A DNA stretch of 43,299 nucleotides. Source: Eubacteriales bacterium (GTDB lineage: Bacteria; Bacillota; Clostridia; Oscillospirales; CAG-382). Both the position numbers and the translations under genes were made by a program. Below the pieces are notes generated by a model, which made no database searches, had not been told where the DNA came from, and saw only the letters and a program-made list of their open reading frames with translations. Position 1 is the first letter of the stretch. The number at the start of each line of letters is the position of its first letter. The stretch covers positions 1-43,299 of the forward strand of contig JAZSIT010000147.1 in assembly GCA_045533895.1 (NCBI GenBank), read 5' to 3'. Below are positions 1-9,693 of this stretch, in pieces.

Positions 1-37
1 TTCACATACTTTTCTTTGTACATTTCTTCTTCGTTGT

Positions 38-56
38 TGTTCGATTTTCAATGTCC
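38..56 (-). promoter_or_regulatory. boxA-like antitermination element of a probable rRNA operon leader (operon itself lies off the left edge)
   Basis: Minus strand reads GGACATTGAAAATCGAACA, resembling Firmicute rrn boxA leaders, about 40 nt downstream of a strong sigmaA promoter. Confidence 0.6.
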
Positions 57-98
57 GTTCTTGCTCCCCGCTCAGTCTCCCTCGCGGACAGCTTTGCT

Positions 99-127
99 AT
101 TCTACCACATACTTCTCCCTTTGTCAA
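99..127 (-). promoter_or_regulatory. Strong sigmaA promoter, probable rRNA operon promoter
   Basis: TTGACA-N17-TAGAAT with TG extended -10 and an A/T-tract UP element at about 132-158. Confidence 0.75.
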
Positions 128-157
128 CACCTTTTTTCAAAAAAAATAAAAAAATTT

Positions 158-187
158 TATCGCCGCTGTCCAAAGGCAGCGGCGATA
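158..187 (-). terminator. Rho-independent terminator after SASP gene
   Basis: Hairpin TATCGCCGCTG-TCCAAAGG-CAGCGGCGATA with a nearby T-rich tract on the minus strand. Confidence 0.7.
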
Positions 188-224
188 TTCAAAAAAGACT
201 GATTATATCTTAATTATTTCTCTT

Positions 225-422
225 TTAGTTACCGGACTTGATGCTGTTTTCGTAGTTTTCTACCATTTTCTTAACCATCTGGCCGCCGATGCTGCCTGCC
301 TGCTTTGCAGTAAGATCGCCGTTGTAGCCCTGCTTGAGGTTAACGCCTACTTCGCTGGCTGCTTCCATCTTAAAACGGTTGAGACCTTCCTTTGCTTCGG
401 GAACAAGATTCTTGTTGGACAT
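225..422 (-). CDS. Alpha/beta-type small acid-soluble spore protein
   Basis: LVPEAK..L.RFKME.A.E.GV...GYNGDLT.KQAGSIGGQMVK matches the SASP signature; AAAGGAGA RBS. Confidence 0.95.
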   Translation of the reverse strand: MSNKNLVPEAKEGLNRFKMEAASEVGVNLKQGYNGDLTAKQAGSIGGQMVKKMVENYENSIKSGN

Positions 423-484
423 AATATTTCTCCTTTTGATTTGTTTTACTTAATTTTTCTTTACACTGAGGTGTTTCCTCGTAA

Positions 485-514
485 TATATTCTTCACTTTT
501 TCTCCACAAATACA
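485..514 (-). promoter_or_regulatory. Possible forespore (sigmaG-type) promoter of SASP gene
   Basis: Minus strand GTATT-N18-AATATAT; imperfect match, supported mainly by known sigmaG control of SASP genes. Confidence 0.3.
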
Positions 515-525
515 CAAGGTATTTT

Positions 526-930
526 TTACCTTATATTTATAAGACGCAGTGCGTGATAAACAAGATTCTCGTAAAGCGTAAGTTCTTTCCTGTATCTTAC
601 TCCCACTTCGCCGGGAAACGCTTTTCCCACCGTGCGCGTTAAGGACAGAACTGCGCGGTCACCGTCTATGCAAGAAAACGACAATGTATCGCTTTGGCGC
701 ATTCCGCAGGTTATGACCCGATTACACCCGATTGCAAAAGGAAGGTTTATTTTACCGGGACAAATTACCGTTTCTGCTTTTCGCACACCGCGCTCAACGG
801 TGCCGTCTTCACCTATGAGAAGAATATTGTATTCATCCTTCAAAGGAAACACATCTGTTTTGAAACGGATGGTATTTAGAAACTCATTCGAAAAACCTAT
901 TGCAAGGCAATCACTCGTACTGATATCCAT
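526..930 (-). CDS. Hypothetical protein (134 aa), weak resemblance to a Mur-ligase central-domain fragment
   Basis: Start moved to ATG at 930 (MDISTSD) with GAGGT RBS; overlaps upstream gene by 20 nt; segment RVITCGMRQSDTLSFS. Confidence 0.6.
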   Translation of the reverse strand: MDISTSDCLAIGFSNEFLNTIRFKTDVFPLKDEYNILLIGEDGTVERGVRKAETVICPGKINLPFAIGCNRVITCGMRQSDTLSFSCIDGDRAVLSLTRTVGKAFPGEVGVRYRKELTLYENLVYHALRLINIR

Positions 931-1636
931 TTGCGTTGACCTCGCTTCCCGATGGATATAACATATCCGGTAACGAAACCGCTTCCAGTGAATTTGCCAC
1001 CGCCGTTGCCACGCTCTTCGCAAGAGCATACACAGTTTCGTCCCCCTCCGGCAGTATCTCTGTTATTCCGCCTGCACGGATTTGAACCGATGTGTCCGTA
1101 ATTACGGTTTCCGCCGATATGTAATATTGCCCGTATGCGGCAAGCACGGAGGAAAGCTGACCTTCGTTTTTCCCGTCATATCTCACATATTTAGGATATG
1201 TACCCGTAAGTGACATATATTTATCGTTCATGACTGCGATATATGACATTATATCTGCCCGCGAGGCATTTGAAAAATCCGCGCTGACCAGCATGCCCGG
1301 GATGTATTTTTCGCAAATTTCCGAAGCGTAATCCTTATTAGCCACTATCCAAGCTACATCCATAAAGCAGGTGGCGTTTATTTCGTAACCATCGCAGGCT
1401 TCCAAAACCAAACGGATATCGTTTTTATTTTGTGAATCTATTATTACCGTTACGGCATATACATTTTCGTCTGTTGCCACGCCTTTGATTGCAGGAGTAC
1501 GTTCTGCAAAAACGCTTTCCGACTCGCTGCCGCCGAAGATGATACACGCCACTGTCGCAATTACCAGTATTCCCACGAAAAGCATAAAAACGCCATCGGT
1601 CTTTTTTCGAAAGCGGATATAAAAAACTTTTCCCAT
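911..1636 (-). CDS. Degenerate polysaccharide deacetylase (NodB/PdaB-like) membrane-anchored protein
   Basis: N-terminal TM helix; PAIKGVATDENVYAVTV..D, INATCFM..WI and TGTYPKYVR segments follow the PdaB layout, but catalytic motifs are altered. Confidence 0.65.
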   Translation of the reverse strand: MGKVFYIRFRKKTDGVFMLFVGILVIATVACIIFGGSESESVFAERTPAIKGVATDENVYAVTVIIDSQNKNDIRLVLEACDGYEINATCFMDVAWIVANKDYASEICEKYIPGMLVSADFSNASRADIMSYIAVMNDKYMSLTGTYPKYVRYDGKNEGQLSSVLAAYGQYYISAETVITDTSVQIRAGGITEILPEGDETVYALAKSVATAVANSLEAVSLPDMLYPSGSEVNANGYQYE

Positions 1637-1662
1637 ATCAGTATTCTCCCTTCGCTTTAGGA

Positions 1663-1692
1663 ATTATATGCGAAGAAAATATTAAATATTTC
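1663..1692 (-). promoter_or_regulatory. sigmaE-type (mother-cell) promoter
   Basis: Minus strand GAAATA-N16-CATATAAT, close to the sigmaE consensus ATA-N16-CATACAAT. Confidence 0.65.
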
Positions 1693-1772
1693 AAACGAAT
1701 TTACATTTTGGTATTTATTTTCTCGCTTATTTATATTATAATGAAACAAACTTATAAAAAGGAGTTTTGAAT

Positions 1773-2234
1773 ATGGCAAAATTTTGTACTTACTGCGGAG
1801 CCCCTCTTGAGCAGAATGCAGTTTCCTGCAAGGAATGCGGAGTAAAGGTTTTGGGTGCTCAAGCTACCACCGAAACTATAGTTGAAACGACCACTCCTGT
1901 TGCTCCCAAGCCCGACGAAAATAATTCGCCCGCGCAAACTGTTGTAAAAGCACAAACACAAACAGAACCTACCGGAAGGTACGGCGTTACAAAAACTTCA
2001 GCTTTCTTTTGGCTTACCCTTTTATTTTCTCTTCCCGTTGTCGGTTTTATTTGCAGTATTGTATTCAACTTTACTGCCAAAAAATTAAGCACAAGACATT
2101 TTTCTCGTGCCATTATGCTTTGGTACATAGTCGGAATAGTTGCTTCCATTCTTTCTGTGATTTTACTTTTTGTATTAGGCGCAGTGCTCGGCTTCGGAAT
2201 CATGGATCTTATTGACGAGATTATGTATTATTAA
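1773..2234 (+). CDS. Zinc-ribbon domain membrane protein
   Basis: MAKFCTYCG...CKECG zinc ribbon, Thr/Pro-rich linker, two TM segments; AAGGAG RBS before ATG 1773. Confidence 0.85.
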   Translation: MAKFCTYCGAPLEQNAVSCKECGVKVLGAQATTETIVETTTPVAPKPDENNSPAQTVVKAQTQTEPTGRYGVTKTSAFFWLTLLFSLPVVGFICSIVFNFTAKKLSTRHFSRAIMLWYIVGIVASILSVILLFVLGAVLGFGIMDLIDEIMYY

Positions 2235-2257
2235 TAGGCGTTATTAACAAAAACATT

Positions 2258-2292
2258 AAAAAACGGACAGTTTTAACAACTGCCCGTTTTTT
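2258..2292. terminator. Bidirectional terminator between convergent genes
   Basis: AAAAAACGGACAGTT-TTAAC-AACTGCCCGTTTTTT. Confidence 0.85.
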
Positions 2293-2305
2293 GTTCGCAT
2301 AAATA

Positions 2306-4262
<1,957 letters not shown>

Positions 4263-4285
4263 TTAAGTAAAATTTTCCAAAACGT

Positions 4286-4314
4286 ATATTATCACTTGCC
4301 CTTCGGTTTGTCAA
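4286..4314 (-). promoter_or_regulatory. sigmaA promoter of groESL, overlapping the 3' end of the upstream gene
   Basis: TTGACA-N17-TAATAT with TG extension. Confidence 0.7.
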
Positions 4315-5431
4315 GGGTTTTGCGAAAAAACTGAAAAAGTTCACATTTTATCATACCATTGTACATTTTTCGTGCTTTATCTGCCCGACGGCCGAAGTGC
4401 TTTTGGAAATCCGTATCCGAGCTGATGATATACAACTGCCAATTGGGAACGGAATGTCCGAAAGCATTACCCATATCGCGGTAAAGCTTATACGCGCTTT
4501 CCTTATCCATCAGACGTTCGCCATAAGGAGGGTTGCAGACAATGGTTCCGCGAGCCTCGGGGATGGGAGACTCAAACCTACGCGCATCCTTCCTCTCAAA
4601 CACTATATGCTCGCACCCGGCACGGTGTGCATTGTTACGGGCAATATTCAGCGCCTCGTCATCAATATCAAATCCGAAAACCTTTCGCACGGGAGTGCGT
4701 TCCTTGCTTCTTGCCGCTTCCCTCGCCTCGCTCCACATTCCGGCAGGAAAAGCAGGAAAGCTTTCCGCCGCAAAGGAACGGTTAATACCCGGGGCTACGT
4801 TCATATCCATAAGTGCCGCTTCTATAGGAATTGTTCCGGAGCCGCAGCAAGGGTCCACCAAGATGACCTCGTCTCTGGGACGGGACAGTGCTACCATTGC
4901 GGCGGCAAGAGTCTCACGAATGGGAGCGAGATTTGCCTCGGTACGGTATCCGCGTTTATGGAGTCCCTCACCTGAGGTGTCTATCATTAAAGTTGCCTTA
5001 TCGTTAAGAATAAAAAACTCTATTTTATAAGTAACGCCGATTTCGGGAAACACTTTTCTTCCGTAAACGCCTTCAAGACGGGTGACTACCGATTTTTTAA
5101 TTATCTTCTGGCAATCTGGTATGGAGAACAGCTTGCTCTTTATACTGTGGCCCTTTACGGGGAAAGCATCGTATTCGCCGATATATTCCTCCCACGGAAT
5201 ACTTTTTACACCCTGAAAAAGCTGCTCAAAGGTATTGGCGGGAAATGACCCCATGTTTATATACAATCTTTCCGCGAAGCGGAAATTGATATTGCAAACG
5301 GCAACTGCAGACGGCGGTGCCTCAAAGGTGACTCTGCCGTCAATAGTCTCAACACGTTTATAGCCCAGGGAATCTATCTCCTCCCCTACCAGCTTTTCAA
5401 GTCCGAAAAGGCAAGTTGCAGTTAAAAGCAT
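4292..5431 (-). CDS. THUMP-domain class I SAM-dependent RNA methyltransferase (RlmL/YpsC-like)
   Basis: ATCLFGLE, DTSGEGLHKRGYR, APIRETLAAA, DPCCGSGTIPIEAA, NPPYGER; start at ATG 5431 with GGAG RBS. Confidence 0.93.
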   Translation of the reverse strand: MLLTATCLFGLEKLVGEEIDSLGYKRVETIDGRVTFEAPPSAVAVCNINFRFAERLYINMGSFPANTFEQLFQGVKSIPWEEYIGEYDAFPVKGHSIKSKLFSIPDCQKIIKKSVVTRLEGVYGRKVFPEIGVTYKIEFFILNDKATLMIDTSGEGLHKRGYRTEANLAPIRETLAAAMVALSRPRDEVILVDPCCGSGTIPIEAALMDMNVAPGINRSFAAESFPAFPAGMWSEAREAARSKERTPVRKVFGFDIDDEALNIARNNAHRAGCEHIVFERKDARRFESPIPEARGTIVCNPPYGERLMDKESAYKLYRDMGNAFGHSVPNWQLYIISSDTDFQKHFGRRADKARKMYNGMIKCELFQFFRKTLDKPKGK

Positions 5432-5465
5432 AAAACAAAACTCCAAAAATATTTTTACACATTAA

Positions 5466-5493
5466 GGCTCCTGTACCGAAAGGCACAGGAGCC
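5466..5493 (-). terminator. Hairpin/terminator after hpf
   Basis: GGCTCCTGT-ACCGAAAGGC-ACAGGAGCC; weak U-tract. Confidence 0.6.
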
Positions 5494-5517
5494 GATATAT
5501 TTCATTTGACGGAAATA

Positions 5518-6042
5518 CTACTCGATAGGCTCAATAACGCCGTAATCGTTTTCCTTGCGCTTATAGACTACGTTAAGCACACCGCTTTCTGCATTTCTGA
5601 ACAGATAAAACTCATGAGAGAGCAGGTTCATCTGAAGGATAGCTTCTTCAACTGTCATAGGAACTATCTCGAACTTCTTAACCTTGGTTACGCTAATCTC
5701 GTCCTCTGTATCGGCAGAAACATCTATATCCGCAAATGTCTCTTTAGGAAGATGTATTTTCTTTTCAAGACGGGTGCGGTTTTTGCGTATCTGGCGCTCG
5801 ATTATATCTACCGCTTTTATCAAAGCGGATTCATACTCATTATCAGCAACCTCTGCGCGGAAGATGGTGCCGCTTTTCTGGATGGTGAGTTCTACGCGCT
5901 CCTCACCGCGCCTGCCGAAGAGTGAGACTGTCGCCTCCGTGTCCGTAGGAAAGAACTTGTCGAGCTTGGCGAGCTTTTTATTTATATACTCGCGGGTTCT
6001 GTCATCGACAGTAAACTTCTTGGCATTGATCTTAACTTTCAT
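5518..6042 (-). CDS. hpf: Ribosome hibernation promoting factor (long HPF/RaiA)
   Basis: KL.KLDKFF, IERQIRKNRTRL, PMTVEEAILQMNLLSHEFYLF..NVVYKR..YGVIEP. Confidence 0.96.
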   Translation of the reverse strand: MKVKINAKKFTVDDRTREYINKKLAKLDKFFPTDTEATVSLFGRRGEERVELTIQKSGTIFRAEVADNEYESALIKAVDIIERQIRKNRTRLEKKIHLPKETFADIDVSADTEDEISVTKVKKFEIVPMTVEEAILQMNLLSHEFYLFRNAESGVLNVVYKRKENDYGVIEPIE

Positions 6043-6085
6043 TGTCAAATGCTCCTTTCAAGTATTTACTTTTCCTTACAGCCAT

Positions 6086-6114
6086 ATTATACCATACGTT
6101 GTCTGTTTTGTCAA
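6086..6114 (-). promoter_or_regulatory. Consensus sigmaA promoter of hpf
   Basis: TTGACA-N17-TATAAT with TG extended -10. Confidence 0.85.
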
Positions 6115-6174
6115 GAAATTACCTATATATAGTGGTAATAAATGTGCAAAAAATACACAAAACAACAATATTCA

Positions 6175-6753
6175 CTATAATGAATTCCAAAACTCCATAA
6201 AAGCCTTTATATCGTCAAGCACTTTTTGGTCAAGGGTACTGACATCCACCTTTTCTGCATGAGGCGGGAAAATATGATCATGATCTGCAAACTCGTTTTC
6301 ATAAACATGTCCTTTTACGGTAGAAGAGTCCAGCGGAACGATACAATAATCCTCACACACGGTATCGTAATCGTAAAGCACCACGCCCATGCGTGTGCGA
6401 CCTCTTATGTCGGAATATGAAATTACCTCTCCTTTGCTTGCGAAAACGGGGTATTTTACATCCAGATGGTTGATGCAGATCTCTCCGTTAAGGCATCTGC
6501 TCTCACAACCCGGCTCACGTTCAAAGGCATCTTTTTGCTGTTTTTCAATACCAAGACGGCGGATATATTCGGAAAAGGAAACGTCTTTTACAAAAGCAGA
6601 AAACTCCTCGAGCATTACGCCCTCGTCATAGATCGTGGGGGCAAAGTCTATTATTATCCGTGCAAGTTCCTGATCCGAAAAGGCATAGCCGCTTCTCTGT
6701 ATCTCTTTCTTAAGGCTTTCTGACGGTATTAACGATATTATTTTATCCTTCAT
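6175..6753 (-). CDS. Hypothetical protein (192 aa)
   Basis: ORF with GAGGTGG RBS fills the gap between terminator and hpf promoter; no family recognised. Confidence 0.75.
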   Translation of the reverse strand: MKDKIISLIPSESLKKEIQRSGYAFSDQELARIIIDFAPTIYDEGVMLEEFSAFVKDVSFSEYIRRLGIEKQQKDAFEREPGCESRCLNGEICINHLDVKYPVFASKGEVISYSDIRGRTRMGVVLYDYDTVCEDYCIVPLDSSTVKGHVYENEFADHDHIFPPHAEKVDVSTLDQKVLDDIKAFMEFWNSL

Positions 6754-6775
6754 TTTACCACCTCTATATCAACCA

Positions 6776-6804
6776 AACAAAAAATCCCGCAAATATTGCG
6801 GGAT
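6776..6804 (-). terminator. Rho-independent terminator after S1 gene
   Basis: ATCCCGCAA-ATA-TTGCGGGAT followed by a T-tract on the minus strand. Confidence 0.8.
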
Positions 6805-6811
6805 AAAGTGT

Positions 6812-7210
6812 TTATCTTCTGCCACGTTTGCCGGTACCGCGCTTGGACTCAAACCCGCGTTTGATATCGGCTTGTTTATCATTACTTACGGCCTTGAACC
6901 GTTTCATCATATTCTCGAAATCGGTATCAGCAGGAGTGTCACCCTCGTCAAACATGGGAGGAGGTGCGGTGCGCGCTCTTAAAGCTAAGCACTTTTTGAT
7001 AGACAATCCTATCTTGCCGTTCTCATCGATACTTACAACCATTGCCTCCACCTCGTCGCCGATGTGAAGATGGTCGTTGATATCCTTAACAAAGCCATCG
7101 GTTATCTCGGAAATATGTACCATACCGCTTTTGCCTCCCTCAACGGACACAAAAGCGCCGAATTTTGTTATTCCGGTAACTTTACCTTTTACAATTTCAT
7201 CAATAACCAC
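6812..7210 (-). CDS. S1 RNA-binding domain protein (YabR-like)
   Basis: GKVTGITKFGAFV...GMVHISEI...GKIGLSIK, DFENMMKRF; downstream of divIC. Confidence 0.93.
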   Translation of the reverse strand: MVIDEIVKGKVTGITKFGAFVSVEGGKSGMVHISEITDGFVKDINDHLHIGDEVEAMVVSIDENGKIGLSIKKCLALRARTAPPPMFDEGDTPADTDFENMMKRFKAVSNDKQADIKRGFESKRGTGKRGRR

Positions 7211-7222
7211 TGTTTTGTCCTC

Positions 7223-7504
7223 TTAATCCGCAATATCGTTATAAAATATAATTTCGTTTGGCATACGGTAGCCCTGCTCGCGGGCGACACGTTCTATATA
7301 TTCATCGGATATAGGAGTATTAAGTCTTATGGTAAGCTCGGCGATATCGTCTTCAATTTTCTGTATCTGTGCTTCTTTTTCCTCTTTGAGGGCGCGAAGC
7401 TCTTTAAGCTCAAACTGAAGGTTTATGACCGAGAACACAAGAAAACCCAGCACACATACGAATGCCAGTTTCATTACCATATTAGGACGTGTTTTCTTTG
7501 CCAC
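7223..7504 (-). CDS. divIC: Septum formation initiator DivIC/FtsB
   Basis: TM + coiled coil + EYIERVAREQGYRMPNEIIF. Confidence 0.9.
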   Translation of the reverse strand: MAKKTRPNMVMKLAFVCVLGFLVFSVINLQFELKELRALKEEKEAQIQKIEDDIAELTIRLNTPISDEYIERVAREQGYRMPNEIIFYNDIAD

Positions 7505-7922
7505 TTCTTTTCCTCCGAGGGAGTTTTATCCCGAATCCGTTAATTGCGTATTTAAGCAACCGTTTTTTGTAAAAATATCCTTTTACCGCGGCAACACGGT
7601 AGGAAAGCCGCGGTGAAATATAGGCTTTGATTCTCAAAGCGACGACAGTTAAAAATCTGCCGACCGTAAGTCTGTATACCACAAGACTTACAAAACAAAT
7701 AACAAAGGGGTACAGTCTTATTTTGCCGCTCCAATAATTAAACAGCAGTATCTGCACCGCGAAAAAGCACAAAAATGCCTGAAGCAGATCGGTAAAAAAG
7801 ACACCGATCTTACCAAACGGTATGCGCACAAGTCTTAAAACATCGTACACAGCGCCCAGCAGAAAACCTGCCGGCACCGACATAAACGCCAGTATAAACT
7901 GTGCGCGGTAATCAATCTCCAT
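7482..7922 (-). CDS. yabQ: Spore cortex biosynthesis protein YabQ
   Basis: GFLLGAVYDVLRLVR, D.L, G.IR hydrophobic pattern; yabP-yabQ-divIC order. Confidence 0.85.
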   Translation of the reverse strand: MEIDYRAQFILAFMSVPAGFLLGAVYDVLRLVRIPFGKIGVFFTDLLQAFLCFFAVQILLFNYWSGKIRLYPFVICFVSLVVYRLTVGRFLTVVALRIKAYISPRLSYRVAAVKGYFYKKRLLKYAINGFGIKLPRRKRSGKENTS

Positions 7923-8182
7923 CAGCCGAAGAAGCGGCGCTTCTTTTGCTTTGCACCGCTTTCAAGATAAACTATTGCGTCTATCCTGCCGGAAATATCA
8001 ACTTCCCCCGTCTCAAGAGAAAGACGGCGTAGAGTAAGACCCGAACCGCTTACGGAAAGGACTGTATCCTCCCCAATGGACAGGCTGATTTGAGTATCGT
8101 CAAAGCTGATAATATCGTTTACTGCGGTAACCAACGTAATATCACGCTGAGTCACGCTTACTGAGTGTTTCTTTTCGTTCAT
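7922..8182 (-). CDS. yabP: Sporulation protein YabP
   Basis: HSV.V.QR...V..V.DIISFD...GSGL.LRRLSLETGEVDISGRIDAIVY. Confidence 0.9.
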   Translation of the reverse strand: MNEKKHSVSVTQRDITLVTAVNDIISFDDTQISLSIGEDTVLSVSGSGLTLRRLSLETGEVDISGRIDAIVYLESGAKQKKRRFFG

Positions 8183-8205
8183 TTTTGCTCACGCTCCATA
8201 CTATT

Positions 8206-8234
8206 TATATATGAAGCGGAGAGTAATATCATTC
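8206..8234 (-). promoter_or_regulatory. sigmaE-type promoter of yabPQ
   Basis: Minus strand GAATG-N16-CATATATA; yabPQ is a known sigmaE unit in B. subtilis. Confidence 0.55.
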
Positions 8235-8471
8235 CGTTATTTCGTACATCGAGCTTGCATCTGCTTTGGTGGTATGCTCGTTAAGGCTGAGAACACGGAA
8301 CGAGGTGGTTCTGTTACCGAATGAAACGGTAATAACATCTCCCACCTTAACACTGTAGGAGGCCTTAGCGGGAAGACCGTTCACCGCCACATAGCTGCTG
8401 TCGCACGCCTCGTTAGCAACTGTTCTGCGCTTGATTATGCGCGAAACCTTCAAAAACTTATCCAGCCGCAT
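8229..8471 (-). CDS. yabO: S4 RNA-binding protein (YabO/RqcP/Hsp15-like)
   Basis: MRLDKFLKVSRIIKRRTVANEACD...VNG..AKAS..VKVGD. Confidence 0.95.
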   Translation of the reverse strand: MRLDKFLKVSRIIKRRTVANEACDSSYVAVNGLPAKASYSVKVGDVITVSFGNRTTSFRVLSLNEHTTKADASSMYEITE

Positions 8472-8501
8472 AAGACCTCTTACCTCATTAACTTAAATTA
8501 A

Positions 8502-8777
8502 TTACTTGTTGAGAAGCTCTTTGAGCTGCTTGCCTGCGGTGAAGTTAACAACCTTTGCTGCGGGGATAACGATAGGATCGTGAGACTTAGGGTTTCTGCC
8601 AACGCGCTCAAGTCTTTCCTTCATCTTGAAGTTGCCAAATCCTGCGATCTGAACCTTGCCGCCTGCTGCGAGCTCGTTTGCCATTGCTGCGAAAATTGCG
8701 TTAACAGCTACTTCTGCATCCTTCTTCTTAATACCAGCAGCGTTTGCTGCTACATCTGCCAATGTGATCTTGTTCAT
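8502..8777 (-). CDS. hup: HU family DNA-binding protein
   Basis: MNK...VQIAGFGNF...R.GRNP...I.IPA...F.AGK.LK; start ATG 8777 with AAAGGAG RBS. Confidence 0.95.
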   Translation of the reverse strand: MNKITLADVAANAAGIKKKDAEVAVNAIFAAMANELAAGGKVQIAGFGNFKMKERLERVGRNPKSHDPIVIPAAKVVNFTAGKQLKELLNK

Positions 8778-8819
8778 AAAATGAACTCCTTTCAAAATTA
8801 CTTTGCTTTCGCTTGAGAC

Positions 8820-8848
8820 AGTATAACACTATTTTCCCAATATTTCAA
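8820..8848 (-). promoter_or_regulatory. sigmaA promoter of HU gene
   Basis: TTGAAA-N17-TATACT with TG extension. Confidence 0.7.
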
Positions 8849-8883
8849 TAGTATTTTTAGACTTTTTTCGCAAAAAACCACTT

Positions 8884-9693
8884 TTAATCGTGGTTTTTTA
8901 TACGCTCCCAGAGGATATCCGCCTTCTCGGCAGTCATATCCGCCAATTTCACGCCCATACTTTCCGCTTCCTTTTCAAGAAGGGCGAAACGGCGCATGAA
9001 TTTTTCGGTTGCACGGGTAAGAGCTTCCTCCGGCTCTACCCCTACTTTACGGGATACGTTTACTACGGAAAAGAGCAGATCTCCCATTTCGTCAAACACT
9101 TTTTCCTTATCTCCGCTTTTATGAACCTCGTACAGCTCGTTCAGTTCCTCGGTAACCTTGGCAAAAGCCTCTTCGTCGGTAGGAAAATCGAAATTGGCTT
9201 TACCCGATTTTTTGCCCACCTTGTTTGCACGCATAAGAGCGGGCAGCATTGAAGGAACAGCGTACATTTCGTCTGCCAGAGTGGTACGCTGTTTTTCAAC
9301 CTTTTTTATTTTATCCCAGTTTTCAAGAACTTTTTCGGAAGTATCTGCATTTACGTCACCAAAAACGTGGGGATGGCGCAATACCAGCTTGCGGCATATT
9401 CCGTCAGCTACGTCATCCATAGTGAACTTGCCTTCTTCCTCGCCTATCTCCGCATGGAACGCAACCTGCAAAAGCAAATCTCCCAATTCCTCGCACATAA
9501 GCACAGAATCGTCTTTATCTATAGATTCCACAACCTCATAACACTCTTCTATAAGGTCTCTGCGGATACTTGCGTGGGTCTGCTCTCTGTCCCAAGGGCA
9601 GCCGCCTTCGCCGCGGAGAATCTTCATAATACCGCGAAGATCTTCAAAAGTGTATCTTTCTTTATTTACGTAAATTGATGCTTTTTCGTTCAT
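8884..9693 (-). CDS. mazG: Nucleoside triphosphate pyrophosphohydrolase MazG
   Basis: GGCPWDREQTH, EECYE, EELGDLLLQV, RHPHVFG; tandem MazG domains. Confidence 0.96.
   Translation of the reverse strand: MNEKASIYVNKERYTFEDLRGIMKILRGEGGCPWDREQTHASIRRDLIEECYEVVESIDKDDSVLMCEELGDLLLQVAFHAEIGEEEGKFTMDDVADGICRKLVLRHPHVFGDVNADTSEKVLENWDKIKKVEKQRTTLADEMYAVPSMLPALMRANKVGKKSGKANFDFPTDEEAFAKVTEELNELYEVHKSGDKEKVFDEMGDLLFSVVNVSRKVGVEPEEALTRATEKFMRRFALLEKEAESMGVKLADMTAEKADILWERIKNHD

Noticed and set aside
1-23. Possible minus-strand CDS start MYKEKYV
   Set aside because: No SD sequence; context fits an rRNA leader better
16-213. 65-aa plus-strand ORF
   Set aside because: Spans promoter, UP element and terminator; low-complexity translation
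468-480. Small hairpin GAGG-TGTTT-CCTC upstream of SASP gene
   Set aside because: Four-bp stem, too weak to call a regulatory RNA
931-1029. N-terminal extension of ORF 526..1029
   Set aside because: Lies inside the upstream gene; ATG at 930 has the RBS
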